Source of the DNA: an uncultured Bifidobacteriaceae bacterium
GTDB taxonomy: Bacteria; Acidobacteriota; Vicinamibacteria; Vicinamibacterales; UBA2999
DNA length: 64,000 nucleotides
Direction of reading: 5' to 3'
Assembly (NCBI GenBank): GCA_964535675.1
Contig: CAZHTD010000004.1
Span: 31,447-95,446, forward strand
The position numbers and the translations under genes were made by a program. Below are positions 16,975-26,398 of this stretch, one piece after another (the first letter of the stretch is position 1; the number at the start of each line of letters is the position of its first letter). Below the pieces are notes generated by a model. It saw nothing but the letters and a program-made list of their open reading frames with translations. It had not been told where the DNA came from and did no database searches.

Positions 16975-19398
16975 TCAGATGTGGGCTTTCAGGGGATCAT
17001 GCATCCGGCGCCCGTGCTCGAGCGTCATCAGCAGGATGTCCGGCGTCACCGGGGCACGCCGGAACGAGTCCTCCCCCACCGCGGCGGCGATCGCGTTCAT
17101 CACCGCCCCATAGCCGGCGCCGACCGGCGGCTCGCCGACGCCGCGGGCGCCCACCGGCGTTTCGGGATCGGGCAGCTCGACGGCGCCCGAGTCCAACGTA
17201 TCGGGGATGTCGAGGATGGTCAGCGGCTTGTTGTGATGGAACCGCTTGGCGAGCGGCAGTCCGTAGTGCGTGTCATAGGCCCACTTCTGCACCAGCGCGT
17301 GCCCGATGCCGAGGCAACTCCCGCCATCAATCTGCCCGGCAAGGCTCCGCGGGTTGATGACCGTGCCAACGTCGGCCATCCCCAGGTAGTCGATGAGCAC
17401 GGGCTTCCCGGTCTCCAGATCCACCTCGACCTCCGCGAAGCCGGCCACGAACGAGTACGTCGCGCCGTCGCGCGGGTACGCGTCCCGGGCAACACCCATC
17501 AGGCCAAGACCGGCCAGCGCGGTCGCCGCCGTCACGGTCCACGGGTTGATGTCGTCCGGCAGCACGTGTCCGTCGTACCGGCCGCCGAGCTCGATTGCGC
17601 GCCGCGCGACGGCCGCGTACGCCAAGCCGCGCGCCTGATTGGCGCGCTGGAATACGCGCTCGTTGTCGAGCTCGTAGTCGTCGGGCGCGCCGCCCAGCTC
17701 CATCGCCGCGATCTCCTGGAGCTTGCGCCGGGCGTCCATCGCGGCCGCGTGACTGGCGCGCGACATGGCGTGTGCGGTCTGGCTGCCGACGGACAGGCAG
17801 GAATACGGCACGCTCCGTCTGCTGTCTCCCCAAGCGACCTCGACCTTGTCCCACGGCATTGCCAGCAGCTCGGCGGCCACCCGTGCCAAGTCGAACAGGG
17901 CATGGGTGCCAAGGTTGCCCACCCCGCTCTGCACGTAGAGCCGGCCGTCCGGGCGAATCGTCAGCAGCCCGTCGTGCCCGGTCGACCCCGCGCTGTGCGT
18001 CCCCACGGCGACGCCCACGCCACGCACCTTGCTGCCGACACGCTGCCCCGACCGCGCGCGGCGCTCAGCCCAGTTGAAGCGCTGGGCGCCCTCGTCGAGG
18101 GCCTCCTGCACAAATGCGCTCGTGACGTAGCGGCGCTGCCCGTCCGGGTCCGCCGGGCCGAACCGGGCTTTGCCGGCCGGCGCGTTGACCCTCCGCATCT
18201 CGACCTGATCGATCCCGAGCTGTCGTGCGGCCTTGGTGACCGCTTGCTCAACGATGGCGATGCCCTGCATCTCGCCGGGCGAGCGCTGGAACAGGCGCGT
18301 TGGCGTGTTGGTAAACACGTTGATTGCCCGCCAGCGCATGGCCGCGGGCTGGTACAGCAGCGAGACCGCGGTACCCGCCGATCGGTGGTCGCCGCGCTCG
18401 CCGCGGGCGCCGTTGTCCTGGAGGATGAACAGGTCGAGCGCGGTGATGCGACCGTCGGCGCGGAAGCCAACCCGCGCGCGGCCGGTCATGTTCGTCCGCG
18501 CGTGCCCGATGTAGTGCTCCTCCTCGCGGCTGATCCGCATCATCACGGGCATGCCCGTGGTCCGTGCCAGCAGCGCCGGAATCACCATCGACTGGGCGGC
18601 GATGCCCTTGCTGCCGAAGCCGCCGCCGGTGTACTCGGAGATGAACACTACGTCGGCCGGATCGATCCCCATCCACGGCGCCACGACCGCCGCGGTCCGC
18701 TGGTGGCTCTGCGTCGAGGCGTGGAGATACAGCCGGCCATTCTGCCAGTAGGCCATGGCACTGCGGGTCTCCATCGTCTGGTGACTCGTCGCCTGCACGA
18801 CGAACGTCTCGTCGAGCACCAGCGCGGCGTCGGCGAACCCCGCGTCCAGATCTCCGTGCGCCCACTCCTCGGTGGCCTCCCCCACGGGGAGCTGCCCCTC
18901 GCCCGCGCCGGCGAAGTCCTGCGCGGTCCACTTCACGGTCGCGAACTCCGAGCCTTCGGGGCCACGGGCCATGACGTTGCCCTCAAGCCGGGCGTTCGGA
19001 CTGCCGGGACGCAGACTCTCAAGCGGGTCGACGACAAAGGGGAGCGGCTCGAGCTCAAGCTCGATTGCCTCGATGGCGTCGGCCGCCGCCCCTTCGTCGA
19101 CGGCCGCCACGGCGAGGATCGGCTCGCCCTCGAAGGCCGGTTCGTTGGTCAGAACGGGAATATCGCCTCTGGCGGACGGCGGGAGGTCGTCGGCCGTGAG
19201 CACGGCCCGCACGCCGGGCACGGCCAGTGCCGCGGTGGTGTCGATCCGCACCACCCGGGCGTGTGGCATCGGGCTGAGCAGCAGCTTGCAGAACAGCATG
19301 CCGTCGGCGCGAAAGTCCTCGGCGTAGCGCGCCCGGCCGGTGACCTTGGCGAGCAGATCGGGCGGCGTATAGTCGACGCCAATCAGCCTCTCGGCCAT
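16975..19398 (-). CDS. xanthine dehydrogenase-family molybdopterin-binding large subunit (PaoC/CoxL-like aldehyde oxidoreductase)
   Basis: 807 aa. KVTGRARYAEDF (a/b hammerhead), ATSHQTMETRSA, YTGGGFGSKG, and a C-terminal GVGEPPVGAGYGAVMNAI. Confidence 0.93.
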   Translation of the reverse strand: MAERLIGVDYTPPDLLAKVTGRARYAEDFRADGMLFCKLLLSPMPHARVVRIDTTAALAVPGVRAVLTADDLPPSARGDIPVLTNEPAFEGEPILAVAAVDEGAAADAIEAIELELEPLPFVVDPLESLRPGSPNARLEGNVMARGPEGSEFATVKWTAQDFAGAGEGQLPVGEATEEWAHGDLDAGFADAALVLDETFVVQATSHQTMETRSAMAYWQNGRLYLHASTQSHQRTAAVVAPWMGIDPADVVFISEYTGGGFGSKGIAAQSMVIPALLARTTGMPVMMRISREEEHYIGHARTNMTGRARVGFRADGRITALDLFILQDNGARGERGDHRSAGTAVSLLYQPAAMRWRAINVFTNTPTRLFQRSPGEMQGIAIVEQAVTKAARQLGIDQVEMRRVNAPAGKARFGPADPDGQRRYVTSAFVQEALDEGAQRFNWAERRARSGQRVGSKVRGVGVAVGTHSAGSTGHDGLLTIRPDGRLYVQSGVGNLGTHALFDLARVAAELLAMPWDKVEVAWGDSRRSVPYSCLSVGSQTAHAMSRASHAAAMDARRKLQEIAAMELGGAPDDYELDNERVFQRANQARGLAYAAVARRAIELGGRYDGHVLPDDINPWTVTAATALAGLGLMGVARDAYPRDGATYSFVAGFAEVEVDLETGKPVLIDYLGMADVGTVINPRSLAGQIDGGSCLGIGHALVQKWAYDTHYGLPLAKRFHHNKPLTILDIPDTLDSGAVELPDPETPVGARGVGEPPVGAGYGAVMNAIAAAVGEDSFRRAPVTPDILLMTLEHGRRMHDPLKAHI

Positions 19399-19399
19399 C

Positions 19400-20029
19400 T
19401 CACGCCCTCCGCAGGTATTCGGCGCCGCGCATGAGCGACGTCAGAATCTTGTTGTAGTCCTGGCAGCGGCACAGGTTGCCCGACAGGCCCTGCGCCAATT
19501 CCTGCCGCGTGGGATCGGGGTTGGTGCGGAGGAACCCGACCGCCGACATGATGAAGCCCGGCATGCAGAAGGCGCACTGGAAGCCCTGCTCGTCGACCAC
19601 GCCCTGCTGTACCGGGTGGAGCGTGCCGTCGGGGGCCGCCAGCCCCTCAATAGTCAGGACCTCGCGGTCGCGTACGGTATGGGTCAGCACCGAGCAGGAG
19701 TAGTGCGGGGTGCCGTCGAGGAGGACGGTGCAGGCGCCGCACTCAGCACGGTCGCAGCCCAGCTTCGTGCCGGTGAGGCCGAGCTTGTAGCGCAGGGTCG
19801 TCGCCAGCGTCTCCTGCTTCAGGACATCGACACGCCGGGTCTGGCCGTTAACGGTGAGCGTGAGAAGCCGCTCCATGGTGGCGGCCCCGCCGCCCTGCCC
19901 CAGCGCAGCCCCCGGGCCGCGAAAGAGGTAGGCGGACGCGGAGGCGACGGCCCCGGCGGCGATGACACCCTTGATGAACGCGCGTCGTGGCAGCGTGCCC
20001 GGCACCGGGTCGGGCCGATCGGTCTGCAT
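19400..20029 (-). CDS. Tat-exported [2Fe-2S] small subunit (PaoA/CoxS-like)
   Basis: ATG 20029 has GGGAGG upstream. Twin-arginine signal LPRRAFIKGVIAAGAVASASA. Cys clusters CDRAECGACTV and QCAFCMPG ... LCRCQDY. Confidence 0.9.
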   Translation of the reverse strand: MQTDRPDPVPGTLPRRAFIKGVIAAGAVASASAYLFRGPGAALGQGGGAATMERLLTLTVNGQTRRVDVLKQETLATTLRYKLGLTGTKLGCDRAECGACTVLLDGTPHYSCSVLTHTVRDREVLTIEGLAAPDGTLHPVQQGVVDEQGFQCAFCMPGFIMSAVGFLRTNPDPTRQELAQGLSGNLCRCQDYNKILTSLMRGAEYLRRA

Positions 20030-20148
20030 GGCGTGACCTCCCTCGATCGACGGAGTTGGCACACTCTAGCGTCCTGCTCGCGGGCCGTCAACGATGTCCC
20101 GCCAGCATCTCGTCTTCCGGTATCCTCAAGGGTCCACGAGTCGCCACG

Positions 20149-20802
20149 ATGACCATGCACGCCATCTTCGTTACCGCCGCCAATCAGCCAGGCATCCTTT
20201 TCGGCCTCACCAGGGTGCTGGCCGGGCACGGGGCCAACATCACGCACGTCGACAGCCATGCCGGCGACGACAGCTCCGAGGTCTACATGGAGTTCGAACT
20301 CGACGGGGTGGCACCGGGTCCGGTGCTGAACGAACTCCGCGGGATCGACGGCGTCCGGGCCTTGGACGAGACCCCCTCGCGCGCCACCATCTGGGGCAAA
20401 CGCATCATCGTCATCGGCGGCGGCGCCCAGGTGGGCCAGGTGGCGATGGGGGCCGTGGCCGAGGCCGACCGCCACAACATCCGGGGAGAGCGGATCTCGA
20501 TCGACACCATCCCCCTTGTGGGCGAGCAGGCCCTGGCCGCCGCCGTGCGCGGCGCGGTGCGACTCCCCCGAGTCAGACTGCTGGTGCTTGCCGGGGCGAT
20601 CATGGGCGGCGAGATCGCCCGCGCGGTGGAGGAGGTCCGCCACAACGGCATCCGGGTCATCTCGCTGAACATGGCAGGCAGCGTGCCGGACGCCGCCGAC
20701 CTGGTCGTCAACGATCCCGTCCAAGCAGGGGTGATGGCCGTCATGGCGGTCGCCGACACCGCCCAGTTCGACCTCTTCCGGCAGCACAAGCGTCGCTACT
20801 GA
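20149..20802 (+). CDS. ACT-domain protein with a C-terminal DUF5612-like domain
   Basis: Start at MTMHAIFVTAANQPGILFGLTRVLAGHGANITHVD (ACT fold). The C-terminal half is IIVIGGGAQVGQVAMGAV... The upstream part of the track ORF is not protein-like. Confidence 0.7.
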   Translation: MTMHAIFVTAANQPGILFGLTRVLAGHGANITHVDSHAGDDSSEVYMEFELDGVAPGPVLNELRGIDGVRALDETPSRATIWGKRIIVIGGGAQVGQVAMGAVAEADRHNIRGERISIDTIPLVGEQALAAAVRGAVRLPRVRLLVLAGAIMGGEIARAVEEVRHNGIRVISLNMAGSVPDAADLVVNDPVQAGVMAVMAVADTAQFDLFRQHKRRY

Positions 20803-21321
20803 CGTGCCGCGGGCGCGCGCGGACGAGTCCCGGGGGGGCCGGGCGCACTCTCCCACCCCCACCGAATCAGGCCGACTCCGCCTCGCCTCCCCCGCTGGTC
20901 GGCACCGCCGCAACGAGCCCGCCGGTGCCTGTCCAATGGGGCAAACGGCGGAGCGTGCATGCGTACCCGGCCGTGTTCCGTTCGCCGACGCAGTCCCAGC
21001 AAGGCATACGGATATCCGGACGCTCGACGGCCAAACGACGCGGCACCAGGGCACCGAAGACGAGGCGTGCGTCCGGGTGCTGATGACGGCGCTTCCGCAG
21101 GAGCTGCTCTACCCCACCGCGGAGCTCGAACCCCACCGCGAGGCGGTACGTCCGCGGGCAGGCCACGGCCGTGCTCCCGCGCATCGCCGCCTCCCTCTGG
21201 CCGTGCGGGGGGCACGGCCAGCCCCCGGCCAGCCCAGCGCCACCTGCCTCCTTGGAGCGCCTCGCCGGCACCCGCCCCGACGACCCGCGTGGGCCGCGGT
21301 TCCTGATAGGATCGCCCTCCT

Positions 21322-22362
21322 GTGCACGCAGATCTCGAGCAAGCCGTTGTGTTCCACGACTCGGTCATCGAGGAGGGCGGCAAGGCGCTCGTCGGCTACG
21401 ATCTCCCCAAGGCGCTCGCCAACGTCGTCCTGCTCTCGGAGATTCCGACCACCTACGACAAGAAGGAGCAGCGCCAGGTCAACGCCGGCAACCTGCTAAT
21501 CCGCGGGGTGCCGGGCGTCGGCAAGACCTTTTTCGGCGTCATCCTGGCCGCCATCAGCAATGCGAAGTTCGCGCGTCTGCAGGGCCGGGCTGACCTGCAG
21601 CCCACCGAGGTGGTGGGCTTCCAGATGATCAACCCGGCCAGCGGTGAACTCGTGACCGAGTTTGGCCCGCTGGCCTCGGCCGAGGTCATCCTGCTGGACG
21701 AGATCAACCGCATCCCGCTCAAGTCCCAGAGCGCCTTCCTCGAAGGCCTCCAGGACCGCACCGTCACCGTGGGCAAGGAGACGTACGAGCTACCCGTGTT
21801 CAGCTTCGCCATCGCGACGATGAACCCGGTAGAGCTCGGCCAGGGCACGTTTCCGCTGTCGGAAGCGGCCACCGATCGCTTTGCGGTGATGATGAACATT
21901 GGGTACCTGCCGCCGGAAGAGGAGCGCAAGCTCGTCCATTTCGACTTCAAGCGCGTGCGCCTCAGCGCCCTGCTCGAGAAGGAGCGCATTATCGAGCTGC
22001 GGTCCGCCATTACCGAGCACGTGTTCCTGCACCCACGGCTGGGCGAGTACATCCAGCGCCTCGTGGCCGCCAGCCGGCCATACAACCCCGACACGGACTG
22101 GCACCACCGCTCGCCGTCCGAGCTGGTCGAGCGCGGCGTCGACCTGGGCGCCTCGCCCCGTGCCATCATCTGCTGGGGCCGCTTGGCCAAGGTCTGGGCG
22201 CTGCTGGTCCGGCGGCGCGCCGAGGTCTATCCGGAGGACATCCAGGAGCTGGCGCCCTACGTGCTTGGCCATCGGCTCTGGCTCGGGCCCCACGCGGCGA
22301 GCCACGGCCTGACGACCGAGATGGTAATCAGCGACATCATCGAGCGGGTGCCGGTGCCATGA
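21322..22362 (+). CDS. MoxR-family AAA+ ATPase
   Basis: 346 aa. Walker A GVPGVGKT, Walker B VILLDEINR, then LEGLQDRTVTV and ATMNPVE...PLSEAATDRF. Confidence 0.92.
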   Translation: MHADLEQAVVFHDSVIEEGGKALVGYDLPKALANVVLLSEIPTTYDKKEQRQVNAGNLLIRGVPGVGKTFFGVILAAISNAKFARLQGRADLQPTEVVGFQMINPASGELVTEFGPLASAEVILLDEINRIPLKSQSAFLEGLQDRTVTVGKETYELPVFSFAIATMNPVELGQGTFPLSEAATDRFAVMMNIGYLPPEEERKLVHFDFKRVRLSALLEKERIIELRSAITEHVFLHPRLGEYIQRLVAASRPYNPDTDWHHRSPSELVERGVDLGASPRAIICWGRLAKVWALLVRRRAEVYPEDIQELAPYVLGHRLWLGPHAASHGLTTEMVISDIIERVPVP

Positions 22363-23336
22363 ACGGCCACCAGCCAGCGCTGACCGGGGCCGCACGCGCG
22401 CAGGCGCTGCACCACCCGCGCCACGACGAGGAGACGACCCCGTTCGTGAGCCTGAACGACATCTCGGAGATCGAGCTGCTCATCCTGCGGCGGCTGCGCG
22501 AGGTCACCATCGGCGACCACGGCAGCCAGGCGCACGGCACCGGCTTCGACTACGTGGGGCTGCGCGACTGGCAGGCCGGCGACCGCTTCGCCTCGATTGA
22601 CTGGCCGCAGTCCACGCTGACCAACTTCAGCCCGCTGATCGTGCGCGAGTACGAGCAACCGAGTACGGCCACGGTGGTCGCCGTGGCCGACGCGTCGATG
22701 TCGACTCGGGTCGGCGTGAACGGCCGGCCCGTCGCGGCCACAGTGGCCCGGGCCATCGCCACGCTGGGCATGTCGGCTGTGTTCTTCCAGGATCAATTCG
22801 GCCTGGTCACCTTTGACGACACGCTCCGCCATTTCACGGCGGTCCGGCCGCAGGTGGGGCGCAACCAGGTCGTGCACTGCCTCGACGCCTACCAGTACCC
22901 GCGCGGCTTGCAGGAGGTGCGCCACGCGGGCAACCTGAGCATGTCGTTGGCCTCGTTCCTGCAGCGCACGGCCCTGGTCCCGTTCATCTCGGACTTCCTG
23001 TTCGAGGCCCCCGAGACAGTCCTCCATGAACTGTCGCTGCTCAACAGGGCGCACGACGTGTTCGTGGTCCTGGTGGACGCCGCCTTTGCATTCGAGGTAC
23101 CGGCGCTCTCGGCGGGCTGGATCGACACCCTAGACGTGGAGACCGGGCGCACCGTGACGATGTCGCGAGCCGATCTGCAGCGCTTGGCGGATCGGATCCT
23201 GAGCTGGCAGGACGAGGTGGCCCGCATGGCCGCCGCTGTCGATCTCGATGTGGTGCGGATGAGCATCGACCCTGAGACGGCGGACCTAGCACTAGCCGAG
23301 TTCGTCGCCGAGCGGCGGTTGCGGAAAGTCGCTTGA
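22359..23336 (+). CDS. DUF58 domain protein
   Basis: ATGA overlap with moxR. DUF58 core GTGFDYVGLRDWQAGDRFASIDWPQS...LIVREYEQ. Confidence 0.85.
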   Translation: MNGHQPALTGAARAQALHHPRHDEETTPFVSLNDISEIELLILRRLREVTIGDHGSQAHGTGFDYVGLRDWQAGDRFASIDWPQSTLTNFSPLIVREYEQPSTATVVAVADASMSTRVGVNGRPVAATVARAIATLGMSAVFFQDQFGLVTFDDTLRHFTAVRPQVGRNQVVHCLDAYQYPRGLQEVRHAGNLSMSLASFLQRTALVPFISDFLFEAPETVLHELSLLNRAHDVFVVLVDAAFAFEVPALSAGWIDTLDVETGRTVTMSRADLQRLADRILSWQDEVARMAAAVDLDVVRMSIDPETADLALAEFVAERRLRKVA

Positions 23337-24586
23337 GGCAGAGTCCGCGAAGTGGGCAAGTAGGCACAGTGGGGTTCCGACGTTTCCGACGGGCGGGGGT
23401 GTTCGCTCTCGCGTCACTGCTGGCGCCAGCCGGCACGTCCGCGCAGACCGAGCTCACCGAGCAAGTGGAGATGGCGCCGATCATCTGCCGGTGGCGCACA
23501 GGCGCCACGGCGGTGCGCGTCGCCGAGCCGTTCTCGGTGGTCCTGACATGCTCGGTGACCGAGACAGTCTCGACCACCGTCGTGCCCGACCGGTCGCGTC
23601 TGGATCCGTCGGTGATCGACCTGCAGCCGTTCGAGGTGGTCGGCGGCCGTGCGGGCCTCGACATCCAGGCGGCCGGCACACGCACGTTCCAGTACGAGTA
23701 CGACGTCCGCTACTTCGGCGAGCTGTTCGACGTGGACGTGTCCGTGCCCGAACTGACGCTCACCTACCGCGTCCAGAGCCGCCTCGAATCGGGCGAGTTG
23801 ATCGAGGGGCGGGAGCGTGAGTACGCCCTGCCCCCGCTGGCCATGCGGATCCTCTCGCTCGTGCCCGACACGGCCGACGACATCCGCGAGGTGCCGCCCG
23901 CCACGTTTGCCGAGGTGGACGCGAGACGGTTCCGCGCCCAGCTGTATGAGACGGGCGGCCTCGGCCTGCTCGTCCTTGGTGTCATCACGGCTGCCTGGGC
24001 GCTAGTGGGCGTCACGCGGCGCCAGCAGGGGACCGGGCCGACGCCCCCCCGCCTCGCCTCCGACGCAACCATCTTGCGCGCCGCGGCGAACCAGCTGGCC
24101 ACCATCCGGCGGCGACGTCATGCCGAGGGGTGGTCCGGCGACCTCGCGGCGGGCGCGTTGGCCGCGCTGCGCGTGGCGGCAACAGTGGAGACCGGCCGCG
24201 CGCTGGCGCAAGTCGAGGCCCCGCCGACCGGCGAACCCAGCGACGGACGCCTGGCCGTGCGCACCTTTCCGTCTCGGCGACTTGTGTGGGCGTCGGGCTC
24301 GTCGACGCACGCCGCCGTCGAAGCTGAGCGCACGCGTCGGGCGGCCGCCGGGCGTGACGACACTGCGCGCCTCGATCGGCTCGGACGGCTGATGGGCGTG
24401 GTGACCGCGGCCGTCTACGCGCGCCCCGACACCGCGCCGCCGGAACCGGCGGCGCTCGACGAGGCGCTCGACGACGGCGAGACCATCCTGCGGGCACTGG
24501 CGCGGGAACACGTGTGGCTGGTGCGTCTCACGCACCAAGCCGGCCAGGCGGCACGGCGGGCCGGACGGCGAGTATGGGCGCGCTGA
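23333..24586 (+). CDS. BatD-like single-pass membrane protein (signal peptide, ecto-domain, TM, Arg/Ala-rich tail)
   Basis: TTGA overlap with the DUF58 gene (alternative GTG start at 23369). Signal FALASLLAPAGTSAQ, TM GGLGLLVLGVITAAWALVGV. Position and topology resemble BatD, but the family assignment is unverified. Confidence 0.5.
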   Translation: MRQSPRSGQVGTVGFRRFRRAGVFALASLLAPAGTSAQTELTEQVEMAPIICRWRTGATAVRVAEPFSVVLTCSVTETVSTTVVPDRSRLDPSVIDLQPFEVVGGRAGLDIQAAGTRTFQYEYDVRYFGELFDVDVSVPELTLTYRVQSRLESGELIEGREREYALPPLAMRILSLVPDTADDIREVPPATFAEVDARRFRAQLYETGGLGLLVLGVITAAWALVGVTRRQQGTGPTPPRLASDATILRAAANQLATIRRRRHAEGWSGDLAAGALAALRVAATVETGRALAQVEAPPTGEPSDGRLAVRTFPSRRLVWASGSSTHAAVEAERTRRAAAGRDDTARLDRLGRLMGVVTAAVYARPDTAPPEPAALDEALDDGETILRALAREHVWLVRLTHQAGQAARRAGRRVWAR

Positions 24587-25683
24587 CCGAGCTGCGCGTG
24601 CTGATTGAGGAGCTGCTCGCGTCGTGGCGCGAGGGCGGCGCTCTCAGCGACTTGCGGTTCTGGCACGCCGATGCCGCGTGGCTTGGGCTCCTCGCCCTGC
24701 TCGGCGCCGCTGTCGCGATGCTGCTGGTCCGCTCCACGATCTGGCCGCGTAGGCCCGGCAGCCGCGTGGCGCTGCCCGCGCTGCTCGTCCGCGTCGATCG
24801 CCGCTCGATGGCTGCGGTCCGCCACGTGCCGCTCGTGCTGCTGGTCGGTGGGCTCCCGTTCCTGACGCTGGCGGTGGCCGACCCCTATTCGTCGCTGCGC
24901 CAGGAGGAAGTCACCTTCCCGGGCCGCCGCATCGGCCTGATGATCGACGCCAGCTCGAGCATGGTGCGGCAGTTCGACGCACCGACGCTCAACGTGAGCG
25001 GGCCAAGCTCGCAGGCCTCCTTCTTCACCACCGTGGGCGCGGCCGAGCGCTTCGTGGAGCTGCGCCGCCAGAGTCAGTACCGCGACTTGATGGCCCTGGT
25101 GGAGTTCGGTGACCAGGCGTACGTCGTGACGCCGTTCACCAACGACTACGACAACCTCCTGCTGAGCCTCGCGCTCATCGGCGAGTTCGGCGAGTTCGTG
25201 CGCTTTCCCGACCAAGGCACCGTGCTCACCACCGCGGTCGATCAGGGCATCCGGCTCTTCGACTCGTTCGAGTTCCTCGACGCCACCGGCAACCTCCTGG
25301 TGTTGTTCAGCGACGGCGAGGACAGCGGCGTGATCCAGGGCGACACGACCGTGCTCGATGTGGTGCGCGCCGCTGAAGAGGCGGAGGTGCCCATCTACTT
25401 CGTCCGCACGCGGTTCCAACGCGCGTTCGGCGGCCTGGTTTCCGACGAGCAGTGGCGCGACGCCGTCGAGCGCACAGGCGGCCGCTTCTACGCGGCCTCG
25501 GACGAGAACGCCATCCTCGAGGCCATCGCCGACATCGACCGGGCGTCGGTCGGCGAGATCGAGGTCAACCAGTACGTCACGCAGCGGCCGGCCTTCGAGC
25601 CGTACGCAGCGGCCGCCGCGGGCCTTTGGTCGCTGGCCGCGCTGCTGGCACTTGTGGTGCCGCAGTTCAGGAGATTCCCGTAG
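24574..25683 (+). CDS. VWA-domain membrane protein (BatA-like)
   Basis: Start at MGALTELRV (13-nt overlap with the upstream gene). N-terminal TM pair, MIDAS motif MIDASSSM, C-terminal TM LWSLAALLALVVP. Confidence 0.85.
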   Translation: MGALTELRVLIEELLASWREGGALSDLRFWHADAAWLGLLALLGAAVAMLLVRSTIWPRRPGSRVALPALLVRVDRRSMAAVRHVPLVLLVGGLPFLTLAVADPYSSLRQEEVTFPGRRIGLMIDASSSMVRQFDAPTLNVSGPSSQASFFTTVGAAERFVELRRQSQYRDLMALVEFGDQAYVVTPFTNDYDNLLLSLALIGEFGEFVRFPDQGTVLTTAVDQGIRLFDSFEFLDATGNLLVLFSDGEDSGVIQGDTTVLDVVRAAEEAEVPIYFVRTRFQRAFGGLVSDEQWRDAVERTGGRFYAASDENAILEAIADIDRASVGEIEVNQYVTQRPAFEPYAAAAAGLWSLAALLALVVPQFRRFP

Positions 25684-25696
25684 CCGGGGGGCAGCG

Positions 25697-26389
25697 ATGA
25701 GAACGGTAACCGGACGCATGTTCGTGGCCGCGATCCTGGCCCTGGGGGGACTCGCTCTTCGCTCCACGGCCGACATCGAGCACCAGATCGCCAACGCGGA
25801 GCAGGCGCTGGCGACGGCCGGACCGGCCGCGGCCGTCGATCAGCTCGACGCGCTTGATGTGGACGACACCCTCGCCGCTCGGGTCCCGCTCGTTGGCGCC
25901 GCCCTCCGCACCGAGATGGCCCGACAGCGCGCGCGGGCGACCTACTGGCTGTCGGACTACACGGGCCTGCCTGTCGTTGGCGAGCAGGGGGCCGACGCAG
26001 CGGACTCCCTCGAACTGGTGGTGCTGTCGGCGAACGCAGGCTTCCGCACCGTGCAGCGCAGCGGCCTCGAGGACCCCGCCGAGCTCATCCGTGGGCTCGA
26101 CGCCGTCCTGCAAAGCTACGCGCACGTCCTCGAGGAGGACCCCGAGAATCGCGACACTGCGTTCAACTACGAGTTCGTGTCGCTGCAGCGGATCCTGGCG
26201 GCCGGTGGCGCTCTGGCGCTCCAGCCGCCCGACGAGGCCGAAGCCGACCCGTCCGAGATGCATGGCGCGCAGGGCGCCCCGCCGCCGGATACCGCGCCGG
26301 GCGACTTCAACATCATCGTGCCGATGAGCCCCGATGAGCGGGGCGAGTTCGAGGCTGGCGCCGGGGGCGTGCGTCAGCGCCAGGGGTAG
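25697..26389 (+). CDS. hypothetical membrane-anchored helical protein (230 aa)
   Basis: ATG 25697 lies 13 nt after the VWA stop. N-terminal anchor MFVAAILALGGLAL. It occupies the position that BatC/MxaK take in related operons. The longer track ORF 25358.. is an artefact. Confidence 0.5.
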   Translation: MRTVTGRMFVAAILALGGLALRSTADIEHQIANAEQALATAGPAAAVDQLDALDVDDTLAARVPLVGAALRTEMARQRARATYWLSDYTGLPVVGEQGADAADSLELVVLSANAGFRTVQRSGLEDPAELIRGLDAVLQSYAHVLEEDPENRDTAFNYEFVSLQRILAAGGALALQPPDEAEADPSEMHGAQGAPPPDTAPGDFNIIVPMSPDERGEFEAGAGGVRQRQG

Positions 26390-26398
26390 GACCAGCCC

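Noticed and set aside
16981-19434. 817-aa plus-strand ORF
   Set aside because: It is exactly antisense to the well-supported Moco large-subunit gene. The sequence is Arg/Gly/His/Pro-rich with no recognisable domain. Such long stop-free antisense frames are expected in very GC-rich coding DNA.
19819-21054. 411-aa minus-strand ORF
   Set aside because: It is antisense to the ACT-domain gene and overlaps the FeS subunit start. It has no protein-like features.
25358-26389. 343-aa ORF overlapping the end of the first VWA gene
   Set aside because: The overlapping portion is not protein-like. A membrane-anchor N-terminus begins at ATG 25697, just after the VWA stop.
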